Shown in pieces: positions 55,704 through 64,000 of a DNA stretch of 64,000 nt (position 1 is its first letter; every line of letters begins with the position of its first letter). Made by a program: the position numbers and the translations under genes. Under the pieces are notes generated by a model. It did not search any database. It worked only from the letters and a program-made list of their open reading frames with translations, and was not told where the DNA came from. This DNA comes from an uncultured Thermoleophilia bacterium (GTDB lineage: Bacteria > Actinomycetota > Thermoleophilia > UBA2241), in contig CAVPCT010000005.1 in the NCBI GenBank assembly GCA_963702475.1, positions 832,001-896,000 on the forward strand. The letters are read 5' to 3'.

Positions 55704-58700
55704 CTACTTCACGCTGAACTGCCCCGCAATCTGGCCGCCGTCCTCCAGCGTCGCCGTGACCTTGAAGTCGCCGGCCCCGAGCGAGGAGGTGCCGAGATAG
55801 TAGACGTACTGCTTCGCCAGCGGTCTGTAGAGGAACGACGTGCCGCTGGTGGGCCTGGTCGTGACCACCGGCTTCTGGTTCGTCCCGGTCGGGGTCGAGC
55901 TGAGCTTCTCCACGGCGATGGTGGCCGAGGCGCCAGGGACGTTGGCGCCGGCGGCGTCGGTGAGCTGGAAGGCCACCGTCACCGTCGAGCCGAGCTTGAA
56001 GAGGCTGGCGCCGTCCGCCTCGATGGGCGCGAGGAAGGCGGCCGGCAGCCTGTGAGCGACGAAGTAGGTCGCCTTGGCGGTGGTGACGTTGCCGGCCTTG
56101 TCGGTAGCCGTCACGGTGTAGGTGAGACCGCTCCGCTGCCCGGTCTGCGGATCGAGCCTGCTGACCCTGCCCGTGTTGATGGCTGAGCCGCTCGGCGTGG
56201 TCGCGCGGACCGCGGCGAGGCCCGAAAGCGCGTCGCTCGCGCTCCAGCTCGCCCTGACGACCTCGTTCAGCAGGTAGGTGGCGCCCTCGGCGGGCGTCGT
56301 GAGCGTCACGACCGGCGCCGTCAGGTCGATGCGCACCGTGACGGAGCGGGTCGCCTCGACGTTGCCGGCCTTGTCCAGAGAGCGGTAGAGCACCTTGGTC
56401 TGGCCCTCGGCCGCGACGGTGCAGCTGGCGCCGGCGGTCCAGCTGGCGCCGCCGTCGATGGAGTACTCGGTGCGCTCGAGCCCGGAGCCGCCGAGGTCGA
56501 CGGCCGCGAAGTGCAGGGTGACGACCTTCTTCAGCCAGGCGCCGCCGTAGTCGACGATAGTGAGCGGCGCGAGCCGGTCGATGCCGAAGCTGACGCTCTG
56601 CTGCGCCTCGGCGTTGCCCGCGAGGTCGGTCGCGTGGAAGAGCAGCTTGGCGGCGCCGCTGCCGCCGATCGTGAAGCTCACCCGGCCTTCAGCGTCCGCC
56701 GTCCTGGTCGTCCAGTTCTTCGCCGAGGCGAGCTTGTAGGAGATCGTCTTCACGCCGGAGCCGGAGTCGGCGGCGGTGAGGGTCACGGGCACGTCGCCCG
56801 CGTACCAGGCCTCGTCGATGTTGTTCGTGGTGTGCGGCGGAGTGGTGTGCGGACGGTGACCTCGAAGGTGGCCGAGGCCTCGTTGCCGGCCTCGTCGGTG
56901 GCGCCTACCGTCACCGTGGTCGCGCCGAAGGGGAACACCCAGCCGGAGGCCGGGGTCGCCGTCCAGGCGACCTCGCCGTCGACGGCGTCGAGCGCCGTGA
57001 CCTGGTCGGCGAAGGTCACGGTGGCCCCGTCGGGGCCGGTGGCCTCGACGGTCAGGTCGGCGGGGACGGTGATGAGCGGCGGGGTCGTGTCGACGGTCTT
57101 CGTCACGGTGACCGTGAAGCTGGCCGTGGCGCTGTTGCCACGCGCGTCGGTCGCCGTGTAGGTCACCGTCGTCGTACCGACCGGGAAGACGTCTCCGGGC
57201 TCGTGGTCGGCGGTTGGCGTGACTGAGCCGTCGACCAGGTCCTCGGCGGTAGGCGGCGTCCAGGTCGCGACGGCGCCGGTAGGACCGGTCGCCTCGAGCG
57301 GGATGTCGTCGGGTACGTCGGCGAACGCCGGAGCGGTGGTGTCACGCACCGTCACCTTGAAGCTGGCGGTGGCGTTGTTGCCGGCCGCGTCGCTCGCCGT
57401 GACGTCGACCGTGGTCTCGCCCAGCGGGAAGGTGGAGCCGGAGGGTGGGTCGGCGGTGGCCGTGACCGGCCCGTCGACAACGTCGCTTGCGGCTACCGAG
57501 AACGTGACCGGCGCACCGCCGGCACCCGTCGCCTCCTCGATGATGTTGGCCGGGACGGTGATCTCGGGTGGCGTCGTGTCGACGATGGTCAGCTTCGTGG
57601 TGGCTGTCGACGCGAGCCGCCGCGGTCGGTCACGCGAAGGCTGATGTCGAAGGGCTGGTTGAAGGGGATGGTCGGACTCAGGCCTCTCAGCGTGCTCCAG
57701 GCCACCTCCGGCGAGGCCCCCGTCGCGTCCGTGAACACCTCGTCGCCGTTCAGATCCCAGGCATAGGTGAGCCCCTCCTCCTCAGCCGTACCGTCGGATC
57801 GTGGCTCGTCGAGCCGTCGAGACTGAGGCTGGCTGCCATCGATGGAGTAGGGGCCGGCGGCGTCGGCGACCGGCGCATCGTTCACCGCCGTGACGGTGAT
57901 GCTCACGGTGGCCGATTCCGAATCGAGCTCGCCGTCGCTCGCCCTGTAGGTGAAGGAGTCGGGGCCGTTGTAGTCGGCGGCCGGCGTGTAGGTCACCGAG
58001 GCCGAGGTGGCGTCGACGGGAGCAGTGCCGGAGAGGGTGCCGTGCCGCGGATCCGTGAGCACCCGGAAAGTCAGCGGATCGATGTCGGCATCCAAGCCAG
58101 CGAGGATGACCACGACGGCAGTGTCCTCAGTGGTATTCGTGGCTTGGTCGCTGAGGACTGGTGGATGATTAGGGGGCAGCATCTCGAAGTCGACCTGGGC
58201 GCTCGGGTCGTCGGGCAGCTCGACCCAGACCCCGTCGGGGGTCTGGTGGTAGGTGTCGGTCGCCCAGACGAAGTAGCGCGCCTCGCTCAGGGGCCCGATG
58301 TCGTAGTGGCCGGCGGCGTCAGTGACGCCGGTGTACTCGCTGGTCCCCGTGACGTGCACGACGACACCCTCGAGCGGGCTGCCGTCCTGGTCGCTGACCG
58401 TGCCCGCGATGTGGTCGGAGGGCGTGAGCTGCACCTCGATCGAGGTGGTCTGCCCGGCGACCAGCAGGACGCCGTCGGCCTGCTCGAGGGTGGCGACGTC
58501 GTCGTAGAACTCGGTCTCGTAGTCGGGGGCTTGCACCCTGACGCGGTAGGTGTCGGGCGCCTGCCCGGGGGCGGTGGCGACCATGGGGTTGGGCCAGCGG
58601 ACGCTTGCGCCGTACTGGTCGAGCCAGACGCCGTCGTAGTTCTTCAGGAGCGTCATCCCGGCGAAGGGGATCGCTCCCCCACCGGCGCCGCTGATGCGGC

Positions 58701-61601
58701 AGGAGAGGGCGCCCGCCGGCAGCATCTCGAAGTCGACCTGGGCGCTCGGGTCGTCGGGCAGCTCGACCCAGACCCCGTCGGGGGTCTGGTGGTAGGTGTC
58801 GGTCGCCCAGACGAAGTAGCGCGCCTCGCTCAGGGGCCCGATGTCGTAGTGGCCGGCGGCGTCAGTGACGCCGGTGTACTCGCTGGTCCCCGTGACGTGC
58901 ACGACGACACCCTCGAGCGGGCTGCCGTCCTGGTCGCTGACCGTGCCCGCGATGTGGTCGGAGGGCGTGAGCTGCACCTCGATCGAGGTGGTCTGCCCGG
59001 CGACCAGCAGGACGCCGTCGGCCTGCTCGAGGGTGGCGACGTCGTCGTAGAACTCGGTCTCGTAGTCGGGGGCTTGCACCCTGACGCGGTAGGTGTCGGG
59101 CGCCTGCCCGGGGGCGGTGGCGACCATGGGGTTGGGCCAGCGGACGCTTGCGCCGTACTGGTCGAGCCAGACGCCGTCGTAGTTCTTCAGGAGCGTCATC
59201 CCGGCGAAGGGGATCGCTCCCCCACCGGCGCCGCTGATGCGGCAGGAGAGGGCGCCCGCCGGCAGCATCTCGAAGTCGACCTGGGCGCTCGGGTCGTCGG
59301 GCAGCTCGACCCAGACCCCGTCGGGGGTCTGGTGGTAGGTGTCGGTCGCCCAGACGAAGTAGCGCGCCTCGCTCAGGGGCCCGATGTCGTAGTGGCCGGC
59401 GGCGTCAGTGACGCCGGTGTACTCGCTGGTCCCCGTGACGTGCACGACGACACCCTCGAGCGGGCTGCCGTCCTGGTCGCTGACCGTGCCCGCGATGTGG
59501 TCGGAGGGCGTGAGCTGCACCTCGATCGAGGTGGTCTGCCCGGCGACCAGCAGGACGCCGTCGGCCTGCTCGAGGGTGGCGACGTCGTCGTAGAACTCGG
59601 TCTCGTAGTCGGGGGCTTGCACCCTGACGCGGTAGGTGTCGGGCGCCTGCCCGGGGGCGGTGGCGACCATGGGGTTGGGCTAGCGGACGCTTGCGCCGTA
59701 CTGGTCGAGCCAGACGCCGTCGTAGTTCTTCAGGAGCGTCATCCCGGCGAAGGGGATCGCTCCCCCACCGGCGCCGCTGATGCGGCAGGAGAGGGCGCCC
59801 GCCGGCAGCATCTCGAAGTCGACCTGGGCGCTCGGGTCGTCGGGCAGCTCGACCCAGACCCCGTCGGGGGTCTGGTGGTAGGTGTCGGTCGCCCAGACGA
59901 AGTAGCGCGCCTCGCTCAGGGGCCCGATGTCGTAGTGGCCGGCGGCGTCAGTGACGCCGGTGTACTCGCTGGTCCCCGTGACGTGCACGACGACACCCTC
60001 GAGCGGGCTGCCGTCCTGGTCGCTGACCGTGCCCGCGATGTGGTCGGAGGGCGTGAGCTGCACCTCGATCGTCACCGTCGCCGGTTCCGAGTCGGCCTGA
60101 CCGTCGTTGGCCACGTAGGTGAAGGAGTCGCTGCCCCTGTAGCCGGCGGCGGGGGTGTAGGTGAGTGCCGGGGCCGTGCCGGAGAGCGTGCCGTGCTGCG
60201 GGCCGGTGAGCACGCGGAAGGTCAGGGGGTCGCCGTCGGGGTCGGAGCCGGCGAGGGTCAAGGGAAGGGCCGCGTCCCCGGCGGTGGTGAGGGTCTGGGG
60301 GGCGGCGGTGGGGGCCTGGTTGGAGGTGTCACCGCCGACCACGAGGCAGAACGGAGACAGACTGTCGGCGGTCGCATAGACCTTCCGTGCATCGGGGTCC
60401 AGGGTCACGGGCAGCTCGACCCAGGTACCATCCACCAGGTGCAGCATTGCAGTGGGCGCGGGCCCGGAGGGTCGTACGGCAGGCCGATCGTGACCGGCCC
60501 CGTGTACGTCGCCGTGGTGGCGATGTCGTAGAACGTGCCCAGGATCTCGAAGGCGCCGAGTCCAGGTCCTGGGTTCGTCGTACTTGCGGTCATCGTGGTG
60601 ATGCCGGCACGCGTCACGCTGCCGAACATGACCTCCACGCCCGTGTCGGCGTCGGTCACCCACCAGTCGGTGCCCGGTTGTGTGTTGGGCGGTGGGGACG
60701 GGCCCCAGACCACGACGCCGGGCACCTCGCTCGTCCATGATCGCCTGGTAGAGGTAGCCGTCCGTGTCGAAGGCGAGGCCGCTCGGCTCCTGCATCCAGA
60801 ATGAACCCCGGTCGCCAAAGCTGGTGATGTACGTACCGGCCTGGTCGAACACGTCTATCGTGTTGTTGCCATAGCTCCATCGTGAGACGTACACGAGGTG
60901 GTCCGGGCCGATAGCTATGCCCCCGGTGCGGGTCGTGCTCGTACCGAACGGCTATTGGCCCAGCAGCCGATCGTCGGGCGAGAACTTCGAGAGGGCCCAC
61001 TGGTACGTGTCGCCGTTCCAGACGGCAACGAACAGGTCGCCGGAGTCGTCGAGCGCCAGCCACGACGCGTCATCCATGCGCAGCCACCCGACCTGGAGGA
61101 GCGGCGCTCCTTCGAGCGTCCACTGGCTCGCGCAGGTACCGTCGCTATCGGTTTGCACCACCCAGAAGTCATCGTCCTGGAACGCGATGCCGAGATGTCG
61201 CAGGTCGCTCGCAAGCTCAGTCCTGATGGCCCCCAGGTAGTTCCCCGAGAAGATCTTACGTCTGGACCTGTGCGTGGTTGCCGACTGCATCGAGTCACGT
61301 AGAGCACGCCGTCGTGGATGGCCACGCCCCACGGCTTCTCCACCTGGTCGCTCCCGATGCCGACGCACGCGATGGTCCTCACGTGGTCGCCGGCACCGTC
61401 GAACACGACCACGCCGCTATACGAATCGGCGACGTAGACGTTGCCATCGGCGTCGAAGGTGATGCCCTTGGGGTCGGTCAGGTCCGGCGATGTGAGACTG
61501 CGCTGGTAGTACGAGGGCATCTCCGCACCGGCCACCATCGGCAGCAGAAGCCCGACCACCAGGAACAGCATCGCGACAAGAACGAACACGGACCGCTTCA
61601 T
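55704..61601 (-). pseudogene. Giant modular secreted protein (about 1,960 aa): signal peptide, NHL repeats, Big_9 x2, carboxypeptidase-regulatory-like repeats, PKD-like, HYR x3, Ig-like, PxKF-like C-terminus. Interrupted here by about 5 frameshifts and 2 in-frame TAGs
   Basis: MKRSVFVLVAMLFLVVGLLLPMVAGA signal; PKGITFDADGNVYVAD NHL; NQAPTA..TYTP..G.DSFTY; YAWDLNGD; DTTPP...FP.G.TTV...D..GN; FLAPI...FKLGSTVTVAFQL. Segments abut across ORFs 60915, 60952, 60405, 59680, 57589, 56783 and 55704. Confidence 0.82.
58175..60071. repeat. 543-bp tandem repeat, about 3.5 near-identical copies (181 aa per unit)
   Basis: GGCAGCATCTCGAAGTCGACC at 58175, 58718, 59261 and 59804; the only difference I noticed is C-to-T at 59681. 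Confidence 0.97.
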
Positions 61602-61846
61602 GGCTCCCCCTTCCAGAGTGCACAGACAGGAACAGGGCCCATGCGATCGGGCACGCGTCCCCGCGAGGCTCTCGACATCGCGAGGCGCGGGCCCGGCGAC
61701 CTCACGGACAGACGACCCGTCTCGAGCTCACTCGGACTTCGTGTCCTTGCGAGGACGCTATCCGGCTGCCGCACCGGGCACCTCACCGAATCGGGGGTAT
61801 CGCTGGCCGAGCGCCTGGCGGGCAGGCTGGGCGAGCGCGGGCGCTG

Positions 61847-64000
61847 TCAGGCAGTCCCGAGCAGCCCGACCTCGCGCGCCCGCGCGACGGCTTGGTGCGC
61901 GTGTGCACCTCGAGCTTGCGGTAGATGTCGCGCGTGTGCGTGCGCACGGTCTCGCGCGAGACGAAGAGCCGCTCGGCGATCTCGCGCTGGCTGAGCTCGG
62001 TCGGCAGCAGCTCGAGGACGCGGCGCTCGGCGGGTGTCAGCGGATCCGCCAGCCGGCGCTCCTCGAGCCGCTCCTTCAGCTGCTCGAGGCGGGCGCGCAG
62101 GATGCCGGTGTCGGGGCATGCCGCTAGACGGGAGAAGCCCTCGTGCACGCACCTCGCAGCGCCGGGCACGTCGCCGCACTGAAGGAGCACCTCCCCGCTG
62201 ATGACGTCGCAGAGGAGGGCCATGAACAGCGCCGTCGTGCCCTGCGCGGCGAAGGCGGCGATCGGAGCCAGACGGTCGACAGCGCCGCAGTCGCCGCCAT
62301 GGGCCTCGATCCGCGCTCGTGCCAGAAGGGCCGCGAACACGGGGATGCCTACGTTCAGCCCCGCCTCCTCGAAGAGATCCAGCGCTGCCGTCGTCTTGAT
62401 CCGCGCTTCGTCCCAGCGACCTTCGTCGACGAGGATGAGCGCCTGGTACCCCAGCGCCGTGATGCGAGCAAGGACGTTGCCGACTGCTCCCTCCGCCTCA
62501 CCTTCGCGCAGGTGCTCGAGCGCGGCGTCGGTGTCTCCGGTCAGCCAGCAGGCGATACCCAGCTGCGCGAGGACGGCCGCGCGCATGCTCGCCGGGGCGC
62601 CCTCGCTGAGCCTGACTCCGAGCTCTGATTCGGCACGCATCCGGCTGATGCCGTCCGGCGCGAGCGCGCTTCTCATGAACGCTTGCATGGCGCGCAGCGA
62701 ACGGGGGCTCCCGGCCACATCCCCTCACCGACGTCCATGCGGAATGCGGCGCGCATCCAGCCACGAGCACGGGGGGAGTCGGCCGCCATGGACCCGATGC
62801 CGCCGGCGGCCAGCGTCAGTGCCGGGTCGGCGAAGATCTGCTCGTCGGTGAACATGTCGAGCCAGCGTCGCACCGTCTGATAGCGGGCGAGGTACGCGTA
62901 GTGCATGTGGCAGCGGCACACGATCGCGCCGGCGCGCCGGGGCTCGCCGCCGGCCAGCCAGTGGCGCACGGCCTCCTCGAAATCGTCGTGCTTCTCGAAC
63001 CAGGCCGCGGCCTGGCGGTGCAGAGCGGCGGCCTCCTCTTCGCCCCGGCGGCTCACCAGCTCGGCCTGCAGGAACTCGGCGAACAGGTGGTGGTAGCGGA
63101 ACCACTTGCCATTGTCATCCAAGGAGTTGACGTAGAGATCGCTGTGGGCCACGCGTGCAGGAGCTCCCCGGCGTCGGCGTCCCCGGTGACCGCGCGGCAG
63201 AGGCTGGGCGAGAACCGCTCCAGGATGGACGTCTGCAACAGGAACCCCGCGACGTCGGCCGGCTGCCTAGTCGAGCACCTCGCGTGGCAAGGTACCGGGC
63301 GATGTCCGCGGTCGCCGCGGATGCCGGCGAACACCTGGTCGGCCGCGTTGTGCTCGGCGGCGAGCGCGGCCAGGCTAGACGCCGGCTGCCCAGCCCTCCG
63401 TGGCCCGGGTGAGACCGGCAGCCCTCTCACGGTCGACACTCACACCGCGCAGAGCCAGCAGCTCTCGCGTCTCTTTGGGGCTCAGCGCCAGCTCCGGCGG
63501 GCCTAGCTCGAACAGGCGCCCCGCAGCCCGCAGGCGCGCCAGCGGGAGAGCGCGGCCTTGCGCCCGCTCAGGCACAGGTGTGCCCGTGCGGTAGCTGATC
63601 GAGGAGCAGCCCCAGCGACGCGCCAGCAGACCTCGTTCGTCACCAGGTGGGCGTCGTCGATCACGAGGACGAACGGCTCGGCGCTCGCCACCGCTGCGGC
63701 CAGCGCCGGGAGGATGCGGGTCTCGACCGGCGGGGGCGCGACTGCAGCCACTGCTCGACGAGCGGATCGACGTCGATCACCCCGCCGAGAGCTGCTGTGA
63801 GGTACTGGAGGAAGAGCAGCGGGTCGTTGTCTGCAGCGTCGGCCTGCAGCCAGGCGAACGGGACGCCGTCGTCCGCGGCCCATTGCGCCAGCGCGACCGT
63901 CTTGCCGTACCCGCCGGGCGCCGAGACGACCAGCAGGGGGGCTTCGACCGCGGTCAGCCGCCGCAGGAGCTCCGCGCCGCACCAGCGCGAGGAGCGGCAG
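61847..64000 (-). pseudogene. MalT/LAL-type LuxR regulator (5' end outside the window; several frameshifts)
   Basis: VSAPGGYGKT Walker A, VLVIDDAH, TEGWAAG, FLLQTSILERF, WFRYHHLFAEFL, LTPAERRVL...TVRTHTRDIYRKL. Confidence 0.85.

Noticed and set aside
58175-60071. CRISPR array or DGR template/variable repeat
   Set aside because: The unit is 543 bp, in-frame coding and has no spacers; no cas or reverse transcriptase gene and no adenine-specific variation.
1-64000. Mobile elements, prophage, defence systems, tRNA or rRNA
   Set aside because: No transposase, integrase, phage or defence motifs, terminal repeats or cloverleaf structures were recognised by eye.

Overview
High-GC bacterial chromosome segment. 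It is most consistent with an anaerobic or facultatively anaerobic member of the Actinomycetota (inference from GC content, NarL/LuxR/TetR/MMPL content, a group 3b [NiFe] hydrogenase and a Rex-like operator). About 55 protein genes are supported; no rRNA, tRNA, CRISPR array, integrase or transposase was recognised. Main blocks: (1) gcvPA-gcvPB-NAD-kinase/AcoX-like gene-APC permease operon divergent from a PAS-LuxR regulator and an FSA-like aldolase; (2) MFS/MarR and MMPL/TetR modules with palindromic operators; (3) a cytoplasmic two-subunit Mo/W-bisPGD enzyme preceded by an unannotated, translationally coupled 40-aa ORF and a hairpin-rich leader; (4) assorted metabolic genes (cysteine synthase, Tat-exported MBL hydrolase, SDRs, LonB-like protease, CbbY, ABC exporter, M20 and C69 peptidases, TrxR-like flavoprotein); (5) a sulfhydrogenase-type hydrogenase operon with a Rex-like box, next to a soluble Rossmann-fold histidine kinase and a stand-alone receiver; (6) a kinase / response regulator / His-less truncated pseudokinase trio upstream of an acyltransferase-3 gene; (7) a roughly 1,960-aa modular secreted protein containing a near-perfect 543-bp tandem repeat (about 3.5 copies), downstream of a MalT-like regulator. 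Several single-base frameshifts and in-frame TAG codons, densest in the last 8 kb, look like sequencing or assembly error rather than true pseudogenisation. All family assignments come from motif recognition by eye; no database searches were run.
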